From assembly GCA_051453625.1 (NCBI GenBank), contig JBOZIK010000001.1:27937854-27987080 (forward strand): a stretch of DNA of 49,227 nt, read 5' to 3'. The notes beneath the pieces were generated by a model. That model saw only the letters and a list, made by a program, of their open reading frames with translations. It made no database searches and was not told the origin of the DNA. The position numbers were made by a program, and so were the translations under genes. Positions 38,010 through 49,227 of the stretch are shown here, piece after piece (positions within the stretch are counted from its first letter, which is position 1; each line of letters starts with the position of its first letter). The stretch is from Welwitschia mirabilis. Lineage: Eukaryota.

Positions 38010-39528
38010 AAATGATGTGATTAGAGTTGGCATCTTTAAATTCAATTAAGATTATCTTTAAAAAGAAACTCTTCATCTTAAATGGAGATGACCCATTTTT
38101 CATAAGATCTACCCATTATTCATCAGTTAAAATATACATGAGACTTACAACCCCTTTCTTAACTTTATCTTGGATAAAATAGTATTTGATTTTAATGTAC
38201 ATCTTTTGTTTGTATCCTCTTACTAATAACCTTTCATTGTAACATTTAACATTATAATTTTCATCCAAATTTACTTTAAAAATCCATTTTTAGTCAACTA
38301 TTTTCTTACTTTTTGGCTTACCAACAATCTTCCATGTATCATTTTTCATAATAGATTCCATTTCTTTTGTCCATTTCCTCTTTTCAAATTATAGATACAA
38401 TTGTTTTATCAACTAAATTTGGCTCAATTACTAGTGCTAAATAAAAAACTAAATATAGTTAACCAACTTGTTTTAAATCTTCTATTAAAATGTTAATCAA
38501 CAAGTTGAATTGGAGAATGATCTCTTAAAGATTTTTATGAAATTTGTGGTTGATTGGAGGTAAATTTTGGCTATTCATTACTTTCTTCATCCATGAAGTA
38601 TCCAATTCTAAACTTGAGTTCATTGAACTTTACACTTCTTAAAATGAGGTATTTATGACTAATAGGCTCAAAACAATGGTATGAACAAGAATTAATATCA
38701 TAGCCAACAAAAATGCATTTTTTAATTCTTGCATCTACTTTTAATATTAATTGATTTGGAATATGCATCCAACATATGCAACCAAATATTTTTAAATGAG
38801 ATAGCACTGGTGATCTTTTGAAAATAAGATCATAAGATGTCTTACCTTAATTAGCTAATGTAATTCCTCTATTGAGAAGATAACTTCTTGTTGTAATAAC
38901 CTCACCCTAATACATATTTGGAAACTTAGCTTAAAGAAGCAAACATCTAGGCATTTCTTGAATTATGCCATTTTTCCTTTCTATAATGCCATTAGATTAA
39001 GAAAAATAAACACATGTGATTTAATTTTGATTGTAATATTTACTACAAAATTGGAAAAAATCTTCATTTACAAATTCACCACTTTTGTTACTTCTAATTT
39101 CTTTGATTTTTGTGTTTAATTGATTTTCAATATTATTTCTGAACTATTTGAAGGTGGAGAAAGCCTCATCTTTTGAATTCATTAAGATATACCAAGCATA
39201 TCTTAAATAATTATCTAGAATAACCATAAGATACCTAGAGCCTTTGAATGTAGAACCTTGCATTGATTCAATAAGATCCATGTAAATCAACTCTAATGGT
39301 TGTGTCTCCCATTCCATTATGATATTATGATGACCTGCCTTTTATTTGCCTTTGTTGCATGTTTCACATATTTCATTTAAAATAAAGAAGTATTTCATTT
39401 TCAATGCACTTTTCTCTTTTATCATCTTCATAATATTTTGATATATGCAATGGCCTAATCTCATATGCCATGAAATTGGATCGTCTTTATTCAAAAGAGA
39501 TATAAGAATTACTTCTAACCTTTCTTAT
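38010..39528 (-). pseudogene. Ty1/copia pol remnant (GAG-pre-integrase, integrase, RT start fused to RNase H end)
   Basis: WHMRLGH; PLELIYMDL...ILDNYLRYAW...IRSNKSGEF...NGIIERKN; HLKIFGCICWMHIP...KCIFVGYD; MESIMKNDTW...KWIFK...RGYKQK|MYIKIKYYFIQDKV. Integrase precedes RT, which is copia order. Confidence 0.93.
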
Positions 39529-42500
39529 TATTATGATGCCAATTTACGGGTATTTGATGGGTTTTATGAGTTGTTTTATAGGACTTTTATATAGGTTTAG
39601 GTGCAATTTTGAGGATTTTTGGAGATACAAGAGGAAATATCTGAAAAGTGTAGTTATTATTCAAATTTGATGCATTTAAGGCACTTTCCAATGAATAGAG
39701 CTTTTTATGACAAAACTGCTAAGTTTCTCCTCAAGAAAGGCATTAAAGAAGACCATCGTCCCCTCCATTTTCCACACAATAGGTAGGATGATGACTGCTT
39801 ACATGGACTATTAAATCATTACTTTCAATATATTTTATAATGTTCAGTCCTCCCCCATGTCATATGGATAATAGTTTAGACAACACTCATATGTAATTTT
39901 CACTGATAAATTCTCTTAGCTATTTTGTCCATTTCTGAGTTCTTAATAAGTGTGCATAAATTCACCTTCTATCTATCCTTTTCTGTTGTATTTTTCCTAT
40001 GAATAAGTCCCTCTTTGACTCTTCTTCTTATCTTTAATGTACCAGAGATTCTTGTAATAGGAGAGTGAAGGACAAGAGATGTATCTTGAGCTTTGTAGAA
40101 AGACAAGCACTTGGTGGAGGGATGAGTATCTTCCATTGAGATTTGGTTGTTTTATAACCTAAATATTCTTATCATTTTTATATAAATCCTGGTTTTATTG
40201 TATGTTTGCATGTTAGTTTTTCTTATGTCTCCTATAGTCTAATGTTATCCTTGATCTCATGATAATTTCTTAGGTGATATAGATTATCAAGGATAGCCTT
40301 TGTTAAGGCTGAAAAGCAAGTAAGATTAGGATTATTTTCATTACATGTTAGTTTAGATTGCATCTTGAACTTTGTATGGTAGTTTAGTTTGTTGCATTAT
40401 TCTCTATTATTTTTGGTTCCTAAGTTAATTTAAAAAGCAACCTAAGTCCCATACTAGTAGACTTCAATGCAATATGATATTTTGGGTCACTTCCATTATA
40501 CTAGTGTGATGTATTATGCATAATATCTATTTTAATTATTAATAATAGGATCTAATTGAATTTAAAAGCATGAACAAATACACATCACAATAAATAAGCA
40601 TCATTGCCAGGGAAGGCTATCGAGGAGTACAAGGGTTATCGTTATTCAAATAAGTATATTGATCTCTATCTATGTGAAATTGTATTTTATTTAGAGCTTT
40701 AGGTTTTTTGTGTACTATATTTTAGTTTTGATTTTTTAAATTTAGGTTTTTTGTTAAAAAGTATAGTCATCCCCACTGTCATCCCCATAATAGTTAGGAT
40801 GATAGTGTGCTCTTTTTGTTTTAGGTTTATTTTTGGATTATGATTTTTTTGCAATAATTTAGTTTTTATCATCTCCTATGATGTCTAAACAATCATGTGG
40901 AGGATAGACTTTTTTATGAACTTTTCTTCTTTCTGTTTTAGTTTTGGTTTTATTTCTATTTTTTTGTTTTTTATGTGCGTTATTTCTTCTATCGTCCATA
41001 TGACAGACAGGACAACAGTCTATTTTTTTTTGATCTATTTTCTATTATTTTCTATTTGCAGGATGATGTGATATGATCAACTTAGAAAAGAAATATTTTA
41101 AAGAAAAGCAGTTAATTGAGAAAAACATAAAATAAGAACTAGTGAACATAGAAAAAGAATCGGAAGAACAATCTCCAGGTGCATTCAATCCTCCTTTCGA
41201 ATTTATTTTTTCTAAATCTGATTTTCTTAACAAAAAACCTATAGAAGAAGAAAACACAACTACAATGTTAAGTGCTTCTTGTAAGTAAAAATAAGTAGTA
41301 GGATTTTCTACCCATAATACCAACCTTACCCTTAAAGAATTATTAGCCAACACAATAAGAGAAATTTAAACACCTTTTGACCTATCACCAGGAGATGATG
41401 TAGTGCTTAAAAATTTACATGCCTACTCAACTTTTAGTGGAGAAGATGATGAGGATTCCATTCAATACTTGGAGATATTGAACAACTTATCCTCACCTTG
41501 AGAAATAGGAAAAAGAAAATAATGGATAAAACATACATGATGATATTTCCCATAACATTAAAAGGTCGGGCAAAACTTTGGCTAGAAACTATAACCCACA
41601 AAAGCCTAAAAACATGGGATCAAGTTTGGGATACCTTTGTGAAAAGATTCATGAGTGAAGAAACTATAAGGAAAAGAAAAAGGGAGGTAACAAACTTTGA
41701 ACAAAATCTAAATGAAGACTATACCTTCATATATGAGCGTTTCTTTATAGTAGTCCATTCTAATCCAGTAGATGTCTTTTCAAAGTAGACCAACTAAATT
41801 ACTTTTATAGTGGGCTAACTCTACATACAAAAAAACTTGTAGATTTTTCTTATAGAGCAAACCTCATGAACCTTAGTTTAGATGATGGATGGATAAAATT
41901 AGAAAAACTTGTGGAGGTTAGTAAAACATGTTAACACCTAAATAACATCAAATAATGCACCAACTTATCAAGGACTTAAAACAGGTGAAGCAATAAAAAT
42001 AGGTAGAAGACAACCCTACAAATTCTATAAAATATTTTACAACCACCTTAGAGAAATTTATAGAAATGACTTTAGATGCTAAAAACACCATTGAAAGAAA
42101 TGTTTTGCAAACTGTGATTTATGTGAGGACAACTTTCGTGTTATCAAAAATTATCCTCTTCTGCCAACTTATAAAGAGAAGATTCGTTAAGAAGTTTTTT
42201 CTTTTAATCAACCATCTCAAAACATCCTAAACCCAAATCAAGCACAACCTAGGTTGAACACATATTTTTAAAATAATTATCAACCTTTTAAAAACTAATT
42301 TAAAAATACAAACTATCCACCAAATCCATAAAACTTTCATAATCTAAATGAACAACTCACAAACCTTACAGAGGAGCTTAGAAAAATGAATGTCAATGTA
42401 GAAAACATGGTAAACATTTTTTAACAAAGATTTCTAGCAAACCAAAGACCTCAAAGAGTTTTACCTACACAACCTTTATCCAATCCAAATGAGCTAAGAA

Positions 42501-45500
42501 GATATTGTAAGATTGTGATAAAAGTTGAATAAGAAATAAACCCTCCTCCATGTGAACCTTCCACTTTCCATAACAATGAAGAAGAAGAATAAGAGGATAT
42601 TGAGATTTTCCCTTCTCTTGACAAGAATAAAAAGAAAAGTCCAACTATCCCTTAGCTTAATAGGCTTAATAATAATGCAACTTTTAACAAACATCTTAAA
42701 GCCTTAATGAAAAATGTGAGCATAAGTCTCTATTTTTGAAAAGTTTTACAAGAAAACTCAGGGTATGCAAAACTATGAAAAGACTCGATAAGAAGAAAAC
42801 AAAAATGAGTCATCCCCAGCAAAGTCTTCTTAGCCTAATCTCTTATGAATTTAGTATTACAAAAATCACCAAAATTTAAAGATTTAGGAGTAGCCACGAT
42901 GAATGTTATTATAGAGTGAAATAAAAAGATAAGAAAAGATTTAATTAACATTAGAGCAAGTGTTAATATTATGACACTTTACATTTGTAAGAGGCTTGAT
43001 TTGGAAGATAAAATAGAGCCTATTTTGGTTGTCTTAGAATTAGTAGATACATCAGTAAGGAAATCGTTAGGCATCATTAAAGATTTGGCAATACAAATTA
43101 AAGAGGCTTGTTACCCAATAGATGTTATTATCATAGAAGTTAAACATAAGAGAAGATATCCTTTACTATTAGGTAGAGCCTTTTTTGCAACAATGCACTG
43201 CATCATTGATACAAAAAAAGGAACAATGAAATGTTATTTTGAAAATAGAAGTTTTATAATTAGAGTCTTTGATATAGCTGAGAAAGATTTGGATGATGAT
43301 ATGAACATTGAAGATAATATCAGATCTACTTTATTTTTATACCATCATCCACTTAAAGAAAGAGAGATGAAACCAAGTGAACATGTGCTTTGTGATGATC
43401 AACTTAAGAAAGAAGAAGAAAAAAACCTTGTGAGAATAAGGAAGTCCAACTTTTTAAGAAAAATCATAAGAGAAATTGTCCATTTCATGAGCCAAAGAGT
43501 AAGAAATCATAAAATGAATTTGAAAAAGAAAAATGTTTTCAATGGGCATAAAGGTAATTTTCTTTGTAATGTTTCTCTTGCATTTTATCAAAATCTTTCA
43601 TCCAAATTACCTTTTCTCTCCTCTTTAACTTTCAAAATTTGTACTTTGATATGGCATCATAAAGTGCTCTCCATTACTCCTCTCTTCATCCAATTGAAAT
43701 TACTTAAAAATAATTGCACATCTCTTATGTTTTATCAATTGGTGAACTTCTGGCTTAGACCATTCTTCTTTAAAAATCCTGAGACCACAACAAATCCTTG
43801 ATTTTCCTTTCTTTCTTTTCAAAAAAGTGTTTTTAGCTTTAGGATTTAAATAAAGTTTTCTTGCTTTGTTGATTTCTTTTCAGTTTTCAATTTTTAGAAT
43901 CTCTATTTTTAATTTCTGATTTCTTTTTTTTACTTTTGTTTGCAGTTTTATTCTCTATCTTGCAAAAATAATCAATCATCTCCTCTATCGTCCCCATGAT
44001 GAGGAGGACAACAGTCACTTTTTCTTTTTTTTTTTGTTTTTTTGTTTATCTTCTATGTTCTGTTTCTTTTTCCTATGTATGATGTCCTCTCTGTTATCTG
44101 AATGATGAGCAGGATGATAGTAAATAAAATGTTATTTTTGCTTTTTATTATTTTAGAAAATACATTTTTATGGCTCTATTGAAATTTCTAACTTGACTAG
44201 TTTAGAATTGCAAGAAGCAAATGAGCAAAAAATTGGAATTTCATGAGCAAACCTTCTGAATTTTCTCTTAGCTTTTTTATTTAAAAGATTTGTGACATTC
44301 CTTGATCATCTTTCAAACTTGACTTATGTATTTATTTCCATGAGTAGTCTTTTGACTTAGGCATTTTAATGGAAAAACTGGATTCACTCAATCTTAGGAC
44401 ATTAACACATCCATGAACTTCAATGTGAAGGAAGATGCTTTATTTTTTTATGTTTTTCTCAATGGTAAAAGGGTCTTAGATTATTTAAAAGTGTTTTTCT
44501 ATCCTAATCTTTTAAATTTCACCTTTGTCTTTTGAAGTGTTTTGGTCATGTGGAATGTTATTTATTCTTTAAGAAAAAAAGGTGAATAAAGACCATGATG
44601 TTGTATATTTTTATCTCAAAAACATGGTCGCCATGATATCCTACCGCAAGTACACTAAGGCAAATATTTCTGAGAGAAGTCTTTGGCAGTGTAATATAGT
44701 AGCTGTGGAAACTCCATTGGGAAGTCAGTTAGCCATTATTCACAAGTTTTTACTTCTTTAAAAATGGTTGCACTCCCCTCATCATGGGTATACTAAAGTT
44801 GTATTTAAACTTTGAGGCTGTAAGATCAGTGGTGTTCTTGGTGTCATCAGAGACATTGCTTGTTTCCTAGACTCTTAGTATTTCCACATGATCATTTTAT
44901 TTCTTGAGATTTTGGTATTTGTTTTGAGATGATAGCATGAGAGTTCATTTTTGAGCAATTCTTTGGTCTTATCATTCATTGTTTAAAGCATTTTACTCTA
45001 ACATCATTATAATCATGACCTTATTGAATGGAATTTTTGTACATTAAGTTATGCATTTTTTTACATCAAGTGATGTTATGATTACTTTCATTGAAAATTG
45101 CTACGTTACAATGTTAGAGTGATGAGCTATCTTTTGTTTATGTTATCTTATGCCCATTCTTTTTATTTTCTTTTTGTGGTTTTGTTAGTTATTTCAAAGT
45201 TATTACTATGTTTTCTTATCATGTTTTCCTATCTTAGTATTCACTAAAAGCAATTTCTAGATTCAATTTATGTTATTTTTTAAATTTTTGGTGTTGTAAG
45301 TGCTACTCATAATATTTTCTATGGTGAAACACTTTTTGTCCACTTCTTCTTTACTTGTCAGAATATTGTATATTGCTATATTTTTCAAAACTGACATTAC
45401 TTAGTTTTGCACTTTGTTTTGAAACTTATCCTCATTTTCATTTACCTACCTTCCCACTTTCGTTTATCTTCTTTACTTTATTTGCCAATACTGGATGTAT

Positions 45501-46721
45501 TGCCTTTTCTTTAGGGGGGTAGAGACCCATTCACATGGCTTATTTTCAAAATTTTTAAAGCTTTTATCACATAAAATTTTCAATTTTTTATACACATTGC
45601 ACATTACTTGTCATTTATCTATAGGATGTGTTTTTATGAGCTTGTTTTTATTCTTTCCACATTTATATTTTGAAAAATAAATTGGCTCAATATTATGGTT
45701 TTTCCGCTGGTTTTTGTCAGGGATTGACAATTTATGGTTATTTGATGGGTTTTATGAGTTGTTTTATAGGACTTTTATATAGGTTTAGATGCAATTCTAG
45801 GGATTTTGAATATACAAGAATAAATCTTGAAAAAGTGCATTTATTATTCAAATTTGATGCATTTAAGGCACTTTCTGATGGACAGAGATTTTTATAAGAA
45901 AACTGCTAAGTTTCTCCTCAAGACAAGCGTTAAGGATACTATCATCCCTTCAGTTGTCCACACGACTGTCCAGACGATGACCACTAATGTGGACTGCTGA
46001 GTCATCACTTTCGGAGATATCTTGTAATGTTCTATTATCCCACAGGTTGTCTAGATGGTAGCCTAGATGACACTGACATGTAACTGTCACTTACAGATTT
46101 CCTCAACCATTTCGTCCATTTTCAAGTCCTTAATGAGTGCACATAACTGCACCTTCTGTCTATCTGTTTTTGTTGTATTTTTCTTATAAATCATCCCCCC
46201 TTCGACTCTCCTGTCCATCTTCAATGCACCAGAGATTCTCGTGATAGGAGAGTGAAGAGCGGAGATCTATCTTGAGAGTTATAAAAAGACGAGCACTTGG
46301 TAGAGGGTTGAGTATCTTCTATTGAGACCCGACTATTTTGTAACCTAGATACTCATTACTTTTAATATGAATCTTGATGTTATTTTATATTTTTATTATT
46401 TGTATTGTAGGATTTCTTATGTCTCTTATAGTCTAATGTTACCCAAGATCTAGTGATAATTTCTTAGGGTTAGAATTACTTTGAATTGCATGTTAGTTTA
46501 GATTGCATATCACACTTCACATGGTAGTTTATCTTCTTGCATTGTTATTTATTTTTGGTTTCTATTTAATTACTAAATCAACCTGAGTCTCTTTACGGAT
46601 AGACTTCAATAAGATATGACATTTGGGTTACTCCCACTATACTAGCATGTTGTATTATGCATAATATCTATTTTAATTATTAATGACAAAATCTGTGCAT
46701 GCATAAATACACATCGCAACA
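39529..46721 (+). mobile_element. Element G: gap-free gag+protease-only element (5' LTR 39529-40592, PBS 40596-40613, 3' LTR about 45728-46721)
   Basis: Two LTRs of the 1.07-kb family flank a ~5.1-kb internal region colinear with E and F. There is no matching TSD (CTTAT versus TAAGA). Confidence 0.85.
41073..43801 (+). pseudogene. Gag-protease-tail polyprotein remnant of G (best-preserved copy; open 276-aa 3' part at 42971-43801)
   Basis: ORF 41498-41788 is retrotransposon gag (FPITLKGRAKLWLETITHKSLKTWDQVWDTFVKRF). ORF 42971-43801 is the protease C-half plus the tail. Confidence 0.88.
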
Positions 46722-47369
46722 TAAGATATGTTTAATTATTGCAGTGGATCAATTAGTTTGTGACTAAGATAATCGCCTCTCAATTACCCACAGGATACAC
46801 CTTAGGAGAATTGTATGAGGATAGCTCACCTGATTAACACCACATTCCATCTTATGATTATTTAGGAACCTCATTTAGGAACACACTAGAGGAGTGTGTG
46901 AGTTGTGGTTAAATAGTTGGTCACAACAACAGCCAAGCAACCATACCTACGTATCCTCATCTAGAGGAGTTTAGACCAACGTAGTTTTATCTTAGACCTC
47001 ATTCCCATCTCCACTGATATTCATAAGCATATGATAGATCAGGGTAGTCCGTGTCAGTGGCATATGGGTAAAATTAAGCATAAACTAATGCAAGAAATAC
47101 AATATCAAACTCAACTAAAAAAAGAGTATCATGACGTATTAAAATGACATGTCACCAAAAGGTATAACTCACACAAACATATACATAAGCATCATAGCTA
47201 TTTCTAAAAGTATAGGAGACAGTCGGTCAGAACTTTCAAGGTCATAACAATCATTCCTAATAAGGAATTCTAATGCATGAATGATGACAATGTATATGTA
47301 TAATAACATAAATCATATATGGGTACCCAAAAATCATAGTAAACCCCCTAGTCACTTGGTTAAAATATC

Positions 47370-47640
47370 CATTAGACACATAGAAGCTAAGCATGTTAAG
47401 AGGTCCCTCGACTCTCTCCCTCATCTTAGTCTATGTCAATAGGAGGGAAGAAAATATATATATATATAACCATTAGTAGATCCATCAAGTAAGCATGTAA
47501 AGAGATCCATCTAATCTTTCCCTCATCTTAGTATCAAAAAATGGGAGGGATGAAAATATGTAAATAACTATTGGTAGCTCCATCAACTAAGCATGTAAAG
47601 AGATCCCTCTAATCTCTCTCTCATCTTAGTATCAGCCAAT
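47370..47640. repeat. ~100-bp tandem repeat, about 2.7 copies
   Basis: Units start at 47370, 47471 and 47569 and share TAAGCATGTWAAGAGRTCC...CTCATCTTAGT. Confidence 0.85.
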
Positions 47641-48545
47641 TAATATCAATAGTATAACATGATGCAAAAATGTAATTAACACATAGGTATACATACACAC
47701 ACACATGCCATTTAGGCAGGGTACCTCATATCTACTCCTTTTATAACACGATATAATGAATTTAACGATATGTGAATATATAAATGCCCAATGAAACTAG
47801 TCCGTATGCCATTGAATTTAATCATTAGTCTCAAAAGACTTGGTATACTAAAAGTTAAAGGATAAGGAAGTTAATTATGTGCATAGATATTTTTCCATGA
47901 GCATCATGGAGAAAGTATTAATGATATATCATTTTGTACATACGGTAAAAGAATTTAATTCATCAGCGTGAATGTGCTAGATGATAATTTCAAAGATACA
48001 TACCTGGGTCTTGATAATGCATATTGAGATAACCATAAATATTGAGGAATGTGCTAAACCCGCATCATTGAATAACTATACCATGCATAATATAATTACA
48101 TTGAATCACACAAACACAACCATTTCAACAAGGGAAAAACCATAACTACTTGTTTTATAATGCTAACACAGTAATTGAATCTGTAAATTGTGATGCTTAT
48201 AAAATCAATAAAATAATAGAAAGGAATTTAGTCAAATTATGCCTTATACACATCTTTATAAATCAACACATATAACGACATCTAGTAACCATTATAAATC
48301 AAATACTAAGTAACTAAATGTGAGGAAACATTCTACTAAGATAATTACAATAACATCTTTATCTAAGAAGTTGACATAAGTATTCAATTTTTATCTAAGC
48401 ATTTGTTTCATCATGAACTTACTCTTAACATTATCCTATACTCAANNNNNNNNNNNNNNNNNNNNNNNNNNNNNNNNNNNNNNNNNNNNNNNNNNNNNNN
48501 NNNNNNNNNNNNNNNNNNNNNNNNNNNNNNNNNNNNNNNNNNNNN

Positions 48546-49227
48546 AATAATTACACATCTCTTATGTTTCATTAATTTGTGAATTTTTGGTTTAGATATT
48601 ACTTCTTTAAAAAACTTGATAATATAGTAGATCCTTAATTTTATTTTTAATAAAAGTTTTTTTTAGCATTAAGACTTGAATAAAAGTTTACTTGAAACAT
48701 TTTTATTGTACACTCTTCTTGTTAAAATATTTCCTATCTTTATATTTTTCAAATCTGATACTACTCAGCTTTGTACTTTGTTTTGAAAGTTGTTCTCATT
48801 TTCATTTCCTACCTTTCCACTCTCGTTTATCTTCTTTTCTTTATNNNNNNNNNNNNNNNNNNNNNNNNNNNNNNNNNNNNNNNNNNNNNNNNNNNNNNNN
48901 NNNNNNNNNNNNNNNNNNNNNNNNNNNNNNNNNNNNNNNNNNNNATTTTATAATATGGGACATATTACTTTTTATTTAGAGGAGGGCAAAGACCTATTTT
49001 CATGGCTTATTTTTCAAAATTTTTAAAGCTTTCATGCATAAAATTTTTCACAATTTCAACACATTATGCATTACTTATTATCTATCCATGTGATGTGTTT
49101 TTATGAGCCTATTTTATGATTTCCAAATTATCTTTTAAAAAGTAAATTAGCTTGCAATTATGGCTTTTTTGCTTGGTTTTTGTTAGGGAATAACAAAGGC
49201 TAAGTGGAGGGCTATGTTATGCTACCA
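48546..49227 (+). mobile_element. Fragment H: 3' parts of another E/F/G-family copy (tail, 3' UTR, PPT, first 13 bp of the 3' LTR at 49215)
   Basis: AATAATTACACATCTCTTATG tail motif, and GGCTAAGTGGAGGGCTA|TGTTATGCTACCA. Flanked and interrupted by 100-N gaps. Confidence 0.75.

Noticed and set aside
40640..41062. Possible leader intron (pyrimidine tract plus TTGCAG just before the gag ATG)
   Set aside because: The acceptor is plausible in G and F, but the candidate donor reads ARATAAG without the leading GT in every copy, so it is unsupported.
3711..46721. Apparent rule that nested elements insert antisense to their host
   Set aside because: There are too few events, D inside C is same-sense, and same-sense nests are preferentially removed by recombination.
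47370..47640. CRISPR-like repeat-spacer appearance
   Set aside because: The whole ~100-bp units are homologous with no unique spacers, there are no cas genes, and the context is eukaryotic TE DNA.

Overview
This is an AT-rich plant heterochromatin window made almost entirely of old, nested and decayed LTR retrotransposons. I found no host gene, RNA gene or CRISPR array. The backbone is a minus-strand autonomous-type Ty3/gypsy element of the Athila lineage (element A: tRNA-Asp PBS, gag with zinc knuckle, protease, RT, RNase H, integrase, no chromodomain). It is split into three pieces (1-3710, 20032-23652, 35710-37443) by two large plus-strand insertion blocks, each bounded by a paired LTR and a 5-bp TSD (3711-20031 and 23653-35709). 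Rejoining the pieces restores the RT motif in frame at the first site and the 5' leader at the second. The inserted blocks and the downstream region contain two apparently non-autonomous relatives. The first is a gag+protease-only family (E, F, G and fragment H) ending in an unexplained C-terminal tail. The second is a gag-less family (C, D) carrying a decayed ORF of unknown function; in D, the copy not cut by a gap, it ends in the same tail motif. A deleted Ty1/copia remnant lies at about 38000-39528. A ~40-bp double-stem palindrome recurs dozens of times, and C>T/G>A decay is pervasive. Eight N gaps, five of them 100-N placeholders, limit certainty about the internal architecture. All calls come from reading and translating by eye; no database searches were run.
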